Assembly: GCA_048128005.1 (NCBI GenBank)
Contig: JBEUKZ010000057.1
Span: 1 to 64,000, forward strand
DNA: 64,000 nucleotides
Reading direction: 5' to 3'
Source of the DNA: Veleropilina oligotropha
Lineage: Eukaryota
The notes beneath the pieces are model-generated. The model did no database searches. It was not told the DNA's origin and saw nothing but the letters and a program-made list of their open reading frames with translations. The position numbers and the translations under genes were made by a program. Positions 1 through 13,400 of this stretch are shown one piece after another (position 1 is the stretch's first letter; each line of letters begins with the position of its first letter).

Positions 1-199
1 ACCCCGTTCCACCCACTACTACCCTCCCGTGTATTCAGGGAGAGGGAAGTATGGTCCGGTGCAACTCCGGGTGTAACCCGACGTTTCACGGATTTCTAGG
101 CGCACGGAATGCCGTGTTCACCGTAACTGACAGTAAGTCTTATATATGTGAACTGTGCCTAGATTTAACAGCAGGCAGTGGGCGATCGTATATCCACCG

Positions 200-2205
200 A
201 TGACGCCGACCAGTGCGGTTACCACGGTGGGTTCTCCCCCGAGAAGGGACAAAATGGTAGGTTAAAGGGAATTAACGTTTCTTTGTCTACTTCAGGGACG
301 CTGGACGACAGTCGACCATAAAGGAATACCGTCTGTCGCCGGATCTACCGGCGTAACCTCCGCGACTCATGGGGGAGTCGCCGTAACCTTGCCGGGACCC
401 CAGATTCAGGTAGGAGCCCGAGTGCTGTTCGATCCTCCTAAAACGGGCCTAGTAACTGCAGCCAACCATACCTTGCCGGCTAGCAAGGTATATCTGGCAA
501 CGCAGCGAACCGCTGAACAGGGCAGACATTCCCCATCCTTTTCTTCGGCCTCGAAGAATAAGGGGACAGTTAGTCCTTCTGCGGGAAACTCTCCGTTTAA
601 CGACGGGGAGCGACCCAATGAGAAAGCCTTTAAAGAGGCCGGGCACCTTTTCGAAGGTCTAAGATCCGGACAATTGGCGACACCTGAATCCTCGTTCGTG
701 ACCGACGCGACTACCCCTAAGGGTTTTCCGCTCAACCTCGATGCTCACGAGCTTTTCAGAGGGCCCGTTCTCTCCCGTGCACCCACGATGGTCACGCTAG
801 AGAACGTGGACAGACCGGCTGCGTTCGGTGAGGGGTTCTACGGCGGTTTTTCGACCGTGCCTCTCGCGAACAGAGTGGTAGACCGATACGGACTGTTGCC
901 GCAGTCCTACCGGTCGTCCGACCCACCGAACGTGCCTCCGGGCCGTTCTTTCGGGTTCGACCACTCGACACGTGTCCCGAGACCCTAAAAAAGGGTTCTC
1001 GGCTACACCTGTCCATGCAGCCCGTCTACCTAGCGCCACGGTGACTTCGACCGAACTACCGGCTGTTAGTTCGACGCCCGTCATGCCTCCGGGTTTCTCT
1101 TTGGAGAACGTCCAGGCTATGTTCGCGGCGGAGTTCGAGTCCCGATGTCGGGCCTGGCAACCGGCTTCCTAGCCGCTCCAGGTACCTACACCTCTGCCTG
1201 TGGCGCAGAGCACGGCTCCTGCCTCCGTGGTGGGGATCGAACCTCGTTCCGACGAGGACCTCGACTCCACTCACTCCGACCTCCCTGTATCGGTCGGGCC
1301 CGAAGACGCTGGTAGTCTTCCAGGCACGCAGGAGCCGACCTCCACCACCCGCCGAACTCGACGCTGTTGCGTCACTTCGCGGGGTGCTTGACCTGCCGGA
1401 ACCGACTCGGTCGTATGTAGGCCCGGTCAAGCACAGGACGGCGGCGCATCGGTTTGTTGAGAAGGAAGCCCCCTTGCTTCCTTCCTTACCTCAGTCTGGG
1501 CTGGTTGATCGGGTGTTGACTCGACAACCAAGCTCAGTCGGGGGCGCAATCCGGTGGAGTCCTCCCCACTGACCGAGTACCCTTCGGGGTTCCGTAGTGG
1601 GAGGTACCTCCGGGCCAGTTCGCGTTCGATCCCGTTCGCATGTACTGGTCCATGCCTGGCGACTGAGCCGGCTCGTGTTGACGCAGCGTTGCGTTGACTG
1701 ACCGCCAGTCACACTCCCTCTGTAGCGAGAGTTCCTGGGTTCGCCTTGGAAGCTTTCGAGAGCTCCGCCCGATGGGCTCTGCGGCTGTCGTCCGTTCAGG
1801 ATTTTTCCTAGACGGGGCGATAGCCGTATTACAGGAGGATGGACCCGGCGCCCGTGGGCTGCCCTGTCCTTCCTCCAGGAGGTTGCTGCCGTTATGGAGA
1901 CCAACGCGTTGGAGACGGGACGTGTCCTGGGTAACGCCTACTTCGTAGGGACGCTTACCTGAAAGACACCTCGCTAGATGAGGCCACCCGGCGCTCATTG
2001 CGATGCGTGCCTTGCTCGGCCACCGCTCTATTTGGCGACGATTTCTCGGAATTCGTCGACAGAGAGCGGCGGACCTGACGGACCGTACCATCGAGTAGGC
2101 GGTGCTGCACCCCCCGGGGGTCCACCCGCCGACTTGAGGAAGCATTCAGGGCCCACCCGGACCCCGAAGCCTTCCAAGCGTGCATGGCCCTCTTCTGGTG
2201 GTAGG
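200..2205 (+). pseudogene. DIRS gag-like ORF remnant (fragmented)
   Basis: GC-rich, Pro/Ser-rich broken ORFs in the expected position upstream of RT. No diagnostic motif recognised; the call rests on position. Confidence 0.45.
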
Positions 2206-3651
<1,446 letters not shown>

Positions 3652-3769
3652 GGTAGGCCCCCGGCCATTAACCCACTCCGAAGAGGCAGGCACCTCCAAC
3701 AAGCTCCCGTCAGAGCGGGAGAGGGACGCCTCGGCCCTAGGGCTGCCGGCACACACGACAGTCCCAGCT

Positions 3770-5690
3770 GCCCGCTTCCGCCGGTGGAAGCGTATCTGTT
3801 AGCGTACAGCCAGCCGTGGCTAGACTACCAGACAGTAGCTGGGTCCCTCCGTGGTGAGTGCCGGATACACGTTGGTTCAACCGGCATCCGACCCTAAACG
3901 AGGCACCACCACCAAGACACGCTCGCCTCCTATACGGAGAGAAGCAAGCGGTCTTAGACCAGGCAGTGCGGGACCTACTCCTTAAGGAGCAATATATCCC
4001 GCGCCGCCCAGCACACCAGGATAATACAGCCATTTCTTCCTGGTCCCGAAACCCGAGGGCCGCTAGCGACCGATCTTCGATCTCTCGTATCTCAACTAAT
4101 ATCTTCGTACCGAGAAATTCCAGCAGGAAACCCTCTCGAAGATACGAGCGGCCATCCGTCCGGGCGACTGGGCAGCGTCTATCGATCTGACCGACGCGTA
4201 TCTGCATGTCCCGATGCATATCACGGCTCATCGGTACCTTCGGTTTATACACGGGGAGACGATCTACCATTCAGGTGCCTACCGTTCGGTCTATCGTCAG
4301 CCCCGTACGTCTTCACGAGAACAGTACAGGCCCTCGGAGCCTTCCTACACTCTCTAGGGCTCAGGGTACATATCTACCTCGACGACTGGCTGATCCTCGG
4401 GGCGTCCCGAGATCTGTGCCTCCGGTCTACGAGCTTTACCCTGTCATCGACGAAGCGCCTGGGATTTCAGATCAACGAGACAAAATCCGGCTTCGTGCCC
4501 TCGACGACGTTTACGTTCCTCGGAGTCGACTTCGATACGGTCCGGTACACCGCGAAACCGACCCAGAAACGTATGCGGAACCTACGCGCGGTTATCCAAG
4601 ACACCCTGTCATCTGACATAACTACAGCGCGACAACTGGCCACTGTCCTGGGGCACTTCGAGTCGGTAGCGACCCTGCTACCGACGAGTCGCATGGACAA
4701 ACGACCGTTACAACAGGCGTTCAGGGATCGCTGGATACAACGGACGGGGCAGTGGACGGATCGCATCGATCTTCGGCATTGGTTTACCAGCACAACAGCA
4801 GTGTGGTTGAACCCTGCTTTGCCGGACCAGTCGGTTCCTATATCCCCGCCAGAGCCGAACGCTTACCTGTTCACAGACGCTTCGAACGACGGCTGGGGTG
4901 GTCACCTCGACAGTTACGAGACATCAGGCCTATGGCCGACGGACCTTCAGGGACGACACATCAACTTCCTAGAGTTAGAAGCCGTCTACCTGTCAGTATG
5001 GTCCCTCTCGTCACATCTCCGCTACAAGCACATAATGCTCGCCACGGACAACACGACTGTCGTCGCTTACATCCAGCACCAGGGCGGCACTCGCTCGCGT
5101 CCCCTTTGCGACCGAGCAATAGACCTACACCGCCTAGTGATGTCCCTCATCTCGACGATTCGAGCCCGACACATCCCGGGAAAGCTGAATGTCAGAGCGG
5201 ACTCGCTCTCTCGGAAATCACAGATAATACACACAGAGTGGACGCTACACAGCCGAGTAGCTCGGGACGTTGGTCGCCGGTGGTCACAACCCCAAGTCGA
5301 TCTGTTTGCAACAGAATTTAATTACCGACTACCTCTGTATGTCTCCCCGTACCCGGACCCGGCCGCCCTAGCGGTCGCCGCACTGTCAATGACATGGGAG
5401 AATCTGTCCGCGTATGCCTTCCCCCCGTCGTGCATTCTAACACTGGTATTACAGAAGGCATCGAACGAACGTTGCTAGATACCGCTAATCGCGCCCCTAT
5501 ATCGCACGCAACCTTGGTTTCCGACCCTCCTCGATCTGATCGTCGACCGACCGTTATCGCTCCCGCAGAGACCGGGCCGGTTAATGCAGGCGCGCAGCCG
5601 TGTATTACAACATCGCCGAACGACTTACGTTTACACGCCTGGCGGTTATCGAACGATCCCTTGCTAAGAAAGGAATTTCTCGCGCAACAG
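3770..5690 (+). pseudogene. DIRS pol: reverse transcriptase, RNase H and N6-adenine methyltransferase-like (MT) domain, frameshifted
   Basis: RT motifs DLTDAY and YLDD. ORF 4495-5478 has RNase H motifs LFTDAS..GWGG, HINFLELEAV, DNTTVVAYI and HIPGKLNVRADSLSR, followed by VDLFA...YAFPP (DIRS MT-like). Premature TAG at 5476-5478. Confidence 0.9.
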
Positions 5691-6580
5691 CCCTACGCAT
5701 CTGCCGATCGAGAAGGCTTTCCACGACTAAAGTTTATGACTACCGATGGGTTAAGTACGTGGATTGGTGTCACAGCCGGCAGGTCAATATACCCCGCCCC
5801 CCTGTGAACAAGTTTATCGAGTTTTTATCGTCGCTCTTTGAACGCGGTATGTCAGTGTCCGCCGTCAAAGGCTATCGGACAACGGTCGCGAGTGCCGTGG
5901 CCGTGTTAGCCTCCCTAGCGACCGAACGCTTTGGTTTTCTCCGATCCTTCGAACTCGAAATTTCGACCCGTACGATACGGCCGCCAGCCTGAAACATCGC
6001 TCTCACGCTCTCCTTCTACCCGTACTAGCCTATGGGCCCGACCTCTATGAGGAACTTAACGCACAAAACGGATTTTTCTGATCGCCTTAGCGTCGGGCAG
6101 GCGTTGTTCCGTATTTCATAAGTCTATCCGCAGAGCTACGAGACGTTCGTTTCCAGTCGACGGGTCGGTGATGCGGCATCATATCTTGGGTTCCCTCGCC
6201 AAGAATCAACGGCCGACCGAAGACGCACCCGTTATCGTTATCCCCAAGCTTTACGCTGGTCAGAGACCCGATGTGGACCGATCAACCTGTCATATGCGTG
6301 CCTACGTTACTACCTCGACAGGACCCGTGATACGCGGCAGGGAAAACTACGTATATTTTATTCGTATTTACCTTCTCATATCCGCGACATTACGTAGACG
6401 ACTGTTTCGCGGAGGTTTTCACAGGTAGTGAGAGATTACTCTCGCTGTGAAAAGTAGGCCGCACGCACTATTGTATCGATCCGCGCGCACGAGGTCCGTG
6501 CTTTCGCAGATACACATCTCAGCGTTGCTTCTCAAAAATGTCTTTATTAAGCCTTTTCTGTGGGATTATTCCATGCGGCT
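5600..6580 (+). pseudogene. DIRS tyrosine recombinase remnant
   Basis: N-terminal domain in ORF 5600-5992 (RRLSTTKVYDYRW...SAVKGYRTTV); catalytic Arg motif LIALASGRRCS at ~6078-6110; HxxR motif RAHEVR at ~6482-6500; frameshifted. Confidence 0.8.
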
Positions 6581-7442
6581 GATGGATTGTGCAGTCTACA
6601 TAGTAACTGCTCAACGATGTATTGTTAGACCGAGGTCATCTAATCAGTGAGTATTATTTCTTGATTTATCAATTTACATAATCCGCGCTGACGCAATGTT
6701 ATTGTTGGCCTAGCTGTTCTATGAAATAGACACATTCGAGGCGATTCAATGTCTGTTCATTTCTTAAAATCATTTTAAGATTTTGTACTTCATGTCATAC
6801 CTGAGTATATTGACAAGCCAGTTCACATTGAATTTAATAAACAACTATATTGCGAAAATCTTATAGGATTTTGAGGTTCAATATTATTTGTTGTTCTATG
6901 CTGTTATCGAACATACGATGTTCAAGACATTGGAAAAATTTTAATCTTTGCTTCCTTAAAATTTATTTTAAGTAACATGTCGTACATGTTAGCGTTTCGC
7001 AAGTTGGTCATGCGAATCACTTCTTAATATCGATTATTTATTTAATCTATTAATTCTTTGCTTTTGATTTTACGCTTTCACAACCTATTAGGTTCCGTGT
7101 GCTTACAAATCCGACTGCATCCTCTGGCTACCGGCCTATGGCCCGGAGTACCATTTGGCTGCCACTGGCCCATGACACGTAAGACCTACAAGGATCCATC
7201 CTTCCGGCCGTGCCTGGGGCTGATTGCACTTCCGTTCACCTCGTCCGACTCACACCACGGCGTATTCTCCCGGTAACACTGGTCGAAATTCTCGCTTGGT
7301 AAGAGTGGAATATAATACTCAGTAAATTCCACTCTGGGCGGACACAATCGACGCTTCAGGCTGATTGAAATGGTGAAAAGTAAGTCATTATCTTGTTTGG
7401 GTTGTTGTAAGGAACTTCTTACCCACCTATCCAAGGTTATTC

Positions 7443-7829
7443 TGGCAAGAGTAAGGACGTAAGTATGTTTGTAACTACATATGAGGTTTTTAATTAAACC
7501 TAATATTAGTTAAAACATACTTACGTCCTTACTACGATTACCCACCCTGCGTTTCGCATTCCTCCCCTCTACTAAGTTCCTTTGGGGTTCTGAACTTTGA
7601 ATTGAGGTCTTGTGATCTCGAGCTCGGATATCTCGCGAGACTTGGCGAGATCTCGCCGGGGGAACTTAGAGAGCGGGAGCCGGGGAGGTAATCGTAGTAC
7701 GTTTTGACTTAATAAGTGCCTAAATGTGACTTTATTCACTGTTTCCGGTTAGCGATAATATGACTATTATGGCAAGAGTAAGGACGTAAGTATGTTTTAA
7801 CTAATATTAGGTTTAATTAAAAACCTCAT
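7443..7829. repeat. DIRS internal complementary region (ICR) and right terminal repeat
   Basis: 7481-7533 is the exact 53-bp reverse complement of 7777-7829; TGGCAAGAGTAAGGACGTAAGTATGTTT is repeated directly at 7443 and 7770. Confidence 0.85.
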
Positions 7830-7836
7830 TTTACTC

Positions 7837-7915
7837 GTTCAGGTTGTGGTGAAAAGTGATATTGGATGAGACGCTTTGCGTCTCGTCCAATATCACTTTT
7901 CACCACAACCTGAAC
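7837..7915. repeat. 38-bp stem / 3-nt loop palindrome (probably a small palindromic TE)
   Basis: Arms 7837-7874 and 7878-7915 are reverse complements with one mismatch. Confidence 0.85.
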
Positions 7916-8079
7916 TCGTACAATAAATCCACATACTGTACACAATAATGTATAATAACTTTACAGTATGTAAATTTTGCATTAAAATGAATGTTTTAAT
8001 TACAACTGGATAATAACATAAATAACTAAATACATTTATATATTAATAATGATTTTAGTTAAATTTTCAAATGTAATTT

Positions 8080-9785
8080 TTAACCCCAGCTTAAAAAAAA
8101 GCTGGGGTTATTGTCATCGCCCGAGGCGGGCGGGCGGGCGGACGGGCGGCTCATGTTGTCCGGCCTATTTCTCGGCTACCAAACATGTTACCTTGATTTC
8201 ATATGGTATGCTAACTACCCTTATCATACGCTAGTGCATGGCGGCGAAATGTCACGTGAATGACCTTTGACCTTGCGGCAATGACCTTTGACCCTTAAAT
8301 TTTGTCCGGGCCGGTTCTCGGAGACCAAACATGTTAGCCTTCTAATTTTTTTTTAGATGTGTTCCCTATACTTAAAACCTGTGCATGGCCGTAAAATTTT
8401 GATCATTTGACCTTTGACCTCTGCGTAGTGACCTTCACAAATTTTCTATATTTAGATTTTTTTTATTTTTCGTAATTGTTTTATTTTTCGGGGCCAAACT
8501 ATTCCTTTAGGGTTAGTACATCATATAACAAATACGAAAAATGGCCTTTGGTCAAAGGTCAAGGTCACAGAGGTCAAAATATACTCACAATTTTCAATGT
8601 TGTCCGGCCTATTCCTCGGCTACCAAACATGTTACCTTGATTTCATGTGGTATGCTAACTACCCTTGTCATACGCTAGGGCATGGTGGCGAAATTTCACG
8701 TGAATGACCTTTGACCTTGCGACAATGACCTTTGACCCTTAAATTTTGTCCGGGCCGGTTCTCGGTGACCAAACATGTTAGCCTTCTAATTTTTTTTTAG
8801 ATGTGTTCCCTATACTTAAAACCTGTGTATGGCCGTAAAATTTTGATCATTTGACCTTTGACCTCTGCGTAGTGACCTTCACAAATTTTCTATATTTACA
8901 TTTTTTTAATTTTTCGTAATTGTTTTATTTTTCGGGGCCAAACTATTCCTTTAGGGTTAGTACATCATATAACAAATACGAAAAATGGCGTTTGGTCAAA
9001 GGTCAAGGTCACAGAGGTCAAAATATACTCACAATTTTCAATGTTGTCCGGCCTATTTCTCGGCTACCAAACATGTTACCTTGATTTCATGTGGTATGCT
9101 AACTACCCTTGTCATACGCTAGGACATGGTGGCGAAATTTCACGTGAATGACCTTTGACCTTGCGACAATGACCTTTGACCCTTAAATTTTGTCCGGGCC
9201 GGTTCTCGGAGACCAAACATGTTAGCCTTCTCATTTTTTCGTATATGTGTTGCCTATACTTCAAACCTGTGCATGGAAGTAAAATTTTGATCATTTGACC
9301 TTTGACCTCTGCGTAGTGACCTTCACAAATTTTCTATATTTAGATTTTTTTAATTTTTCGTAATTTTTTTCTTTTTCGGGGCCAAACTATTCCTTTACGG
9401 TTAGTACATCATATAACAAATACGAAAAATGGCCAAGGTAACAAAGGTCAAGGTAACAGAGGTCAAAATATATTCGCAATTTGCAATGTTGTCCGGTCTA
9501 TATCTCGGCTACCAAACATGTTACCTTGATTTCATATGGTATGCTAACTACCCTATCATACGCTAGGCCATGGTGGCGAAATTTCATATGAATGCGGCAA
9601 TGACCTTTGACCCTTAAATTTTGTCCAGGCCGGTAATGGCCTTTTTTCATCCGAACTTCTTCATGATGGACAGTTTGCACAGTGTTTAGCCAAGGGCTAC
9701 TGGCAAGGTCAAGATCACATATTTTATATGGCAGTCTGATTGCTATATAAGGCTGGGGTTCCTGATAGCCGGGCGGCTGTCTATT
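8080..9785 (+). mobile_element. Helentron-associated (HINE/DINE-1-like) non-autonomous element with ~444-bp internal tandem repeats
   Basis: 5' AACCCCAGC...GCTGGGGTT hairpin followed by (GGCG)n; unit starts at 8153, 8597, 9041 and 9486; 3' GCTGGGGTT subterminal repeat plus GATAGCC-GGCTGTC hairpin; T-rich flanks. Confidence 0.75.
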
Positions 9786-9796
9786 TTTATTTCTTG

Positions 9797-10333
9797 TTGC
9801 AGGGTGCAGACTTTACCAATACAGTTGGATGTTTATCATTGCAGGGTCCAGACTTTGTCAGTACAGCTGGATGTTTATCATTGCAGGGTCCAGACTTTAC
9901 CAGTACAGCTGGATGTTTATCATTGCAGGGTCCAGACTTTACCTGAGTACAGCTGGATGTTTATCATTGCAGGGTCCAGACTTTACCAGTACAGCTGGAT
10001 GTTTATCATTGCAGGGTCCAGACTTTACCAGTACAGCTGGATGTTTATCATTGCAGGGTCCAGACTTTACCAGTACAGCTGGATGTTTATCATTGCAGGG
10101 TCCAGACTTTACCAGTACAGCTGGATGTTTATCATTGCAGGGTCCAGACTTTACCAGTACAGCTGGATGTTTATCATTGCAGGGTCCAGACTTTACCAGT
10201 ACATCTGGATGTTTATCATTGCAGGGTCCAGACTTAACCAGTACAGCTGGATGTTTCTCGTTGCATGGTCCAGACCACCAGTACAGATGGATTGTTTCTC
10301 GTTGCAGGGTCCAGACTTTACCAGTACAGCTGG
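9797..10333 (+). repeat. 42-bp minisatellite (~13 units) spanning a splice acceptor and the exon start
   Basis: Unit TTGCAG|GGTCCAGACTTTACCAGTACAGCTGGATGTTTATCA; the last unit is the start of exon 10308. Confidence 0.95.
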
Positions 10334-10408
10334 GTTTGATCTGCTCTGTCGCCGCCTGAAGTGTTCCAGAAAAGCAAGCAAGGAATTTGAAGACTTTCTG
10401 AAACAATT
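10308..10408 (+). CDS. PSTPIP-like exon (FCH region): GPDFTSTAGFDLLCRRLKCSRKASKEFEDFLKQ
   Basis: ttgcag| ... |gtaaat; 101 bp, ends in phase 2. Confidence 0.88.
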
Positions 10409-13400
10409 GTAAATAATCTCTAGTTTTCTATAAATAATGAGTCATCAAACGTCATAATGATCACTGATCACACTTGATTTAAACACTGATCATACTTAAT
10501 ATTAAGCGTCTCATTATGACGTCATTATGTGCATCTTGAAGATGATATTTGCGAATTTGGTTCTGTCTTTGAGTGTTATCAATATCAGACTAAGTTTGCC
10601 GTTGAGAGGAGTCATATTGTTATGTTTAAGTCAGATTATTTTCATTGTGCAAAATCTCTGAAATTCGATTCGACTAAATGAAGTCACATGGAGTTAGTAA
10701 ATAACCATGTTACAGTAATACACGGAACATTATTTTCAGCTGTTTTGTTGTAATTCATTGATCTTTGCATCATATATACATTAAGTATGGGACCAATATA
10801 TTTATTCCCCAGCTTTTCCAGCTTATTTTGGATTCAGAATATTATGTAGGTTGCAACTGACGTGATGTTATTCATATGTTAGTGGTAGTTAATATTGGAG
10901 GAAATATGTACAGAATTTTAAGGTAATAAAAATATAAATGTTGTCATGTCGTGTGCTATATGCCTCTGGTGAGATATTTTAAAAGCTCAAAATAATCTTC
11001 GTTATCAAACTATCTGCAGCAGAATAATGTTAATTAAACCATTGCTGTGATGTCATTCTATTGTCTTGGCTCATGGTTTAACTAACCATATTGTCAGTTA
11101 CACCACCGGGGACTACTTTATTGCACTAAAATCGGTTTATTAAAATCATATATTTTAAATTATCGTACATTTTCCCAGTTGTTTTTGTTGTTTAATCAGA
11201 TAATCTCGGGCAGTTTGACACTCAGCGCCTTGAGCCTCGTGGTTTAACTGCAGGCTTCTCCGATTAGACAACCAAACCGAGTGATATAACCTATAATTAA
11301 ACCATTTTTGTGACGTCATTCTATTGTCTTGGCCCGTGGTCTAACTGGCCATATTTTCAGTTAGACCACGGGGGACTACTTTCTTGCACTAAAAAGGGTG
11401 TATTAGGTTATTAAAATCACATATTTTAAATAATTTACACTTTTGCAATGGTTTAAGTCGGTTATATCACTCGGCTTGTGTTATCTGATCGGAAAAGCCT
11501 GTGCAGTTAATAAACACAAGCGCCTCGTTGATTTACTGCAGGCTTTTCCGATTAGACAACCAAACCTCGTGGTATAACCTATACTTATCCGTCGCGATGG
11601 ATCAACTGTTGAAACCAACTGGATATGGTGTATGGACTTCTGAAAGGGAACACAACCTTTCATCCATATAACAGTTAATTATCATGGATGTCAGAATGGT
11701 AACATATATTTCAAACCTAATGAAGTATAGCAATCAGTGCAATGCACATGTTCATCATAATTACCTACTGCTCATCATAATTACCTACTGCTCATCATAA
11801 TTACCTACTGCTCATCATAATTACCTACTGCTCATCATAATTACCTACTGATGTCATATTTATAAATTATCTATTTTCAGGGTGAAGATTGAGACCAACT
11901 ACAGCCAGGCTCTTTTGAAATTAACTCGGTCGATAGATGGAGCGGATGAAGTAGGGTATGATCGTTAGATCTATTTCCATTGTAAATTAGAGATCTCCAC
12001 ACTTTATTTGCAACTGCTTGCTTGCAATTAATGGTAATATGCAAGTAAGACAAGTTGTCTTATCACAGTTTGATTCCCACAAATGAATATCACCACTCTT
12101 TGGAAATTGATAGCAGAATGCATGAACGAATGATAGCATTGAAGCATGAAGTTACGCATGCATTTCTGCCAGCAAGATTTGTAACCCTTATGTTGTACAG
12201 GTGTAATAAGATCGATACATGAAATTTATGATTTTTATACACTTAGTACCATCCGAGATGCGTGGAAATCTCTCCGTACACAAATGGAACTGTTCGGCGA
12301 ATCTCATGCGGTCGCGCATAACTGCTACTCGGAGCAATATTCACAGGTGCAAAGTTTCAACGAAGAACAGAAAGATGTGAGAAAGAAGGTAAAACCAGTA
12401 GTGGGCATCGTACTATTATGACTGTCAATATGCATCCAGGGTTCTCCCCGGATTGACATTATAAGGCGGGTGAATTATGTCGCGGAGGGATCGCTTGTGT
12501 TCGCGTGCGCATGTGTGTATGTATGTATGTATGTATTTATGCATGTATGTATTTATGCATGTATGAATTTATGCATGTATGTATGCATGTATAGGGTGGC
12601 GGGGAAGGGTCATAGGGTGGCAGACCCGTATGTATTTATGCATGTATAGGGTGGCGGGGAAGGGTCCTAGGGTGGCAGATCCGCCACCTTATAAGTGCCT
12701 GGTATCTATGCAAATCCAAATCGTACAAATTCTACCATAGGGCTTGTAGTTTTGCCAACAGATTTACAATAGGAAGCTGAGAGGCATGCAATAGATTAAT
12801 ATGTTGTTTCCATATACTTTCAATATTTGAATTGAAATCTCTGTCCGCCATGTTTTAATACAATAGCCATCTACTAGTGCTTAAAATAGAATCTGTCGTG
12901 TACTTGCCTCAGTTCAGATACATCGTTTAACGGAAAGAGACATCCATCTGTAATGATATTCAGGTACTGATCTTTTAGTCCTTCAGAAATAACCATTGGT
13001 GTGCTTATACGTGTATCTTGAAAACAAGTATCATTTAATATTTTAATCTTTGTTGCTCTTTCAGGCTGAAGATTCAGTGAAGAAATGCCAGACCAACAAA
13101 AACCTGTTATATCAAAAGACAATAAGTGTTAGTTGCATTGTACTGTAATTAGACGAATGTTATAACGTATTGTAATTAGACGAATGTTATAACGTATTGT
13201 AATTAGACGAATGTTATAACTGACCAATTTGACAATATCATGCTGTAGTGGAAGTGGTTGAATGAAGAGAGACCACAAAATCAGGGGTTTGTGAGCCTAG
13301 GATTTTTAAGCATTGATTGACTTGATTATAACTAATAGAACATTGTTGATGGTTGTCATTAAAGTTCCATCCAATATGTTCATGTACAAAGATATACATT

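Noticed and set aside
9803..10307. 42-mer units as in-frame coding repeats (GPDFTSTAGCLSLQ)n
   Set aside because: Two indels put all upstream acceptors out of frame with the conserved exon.
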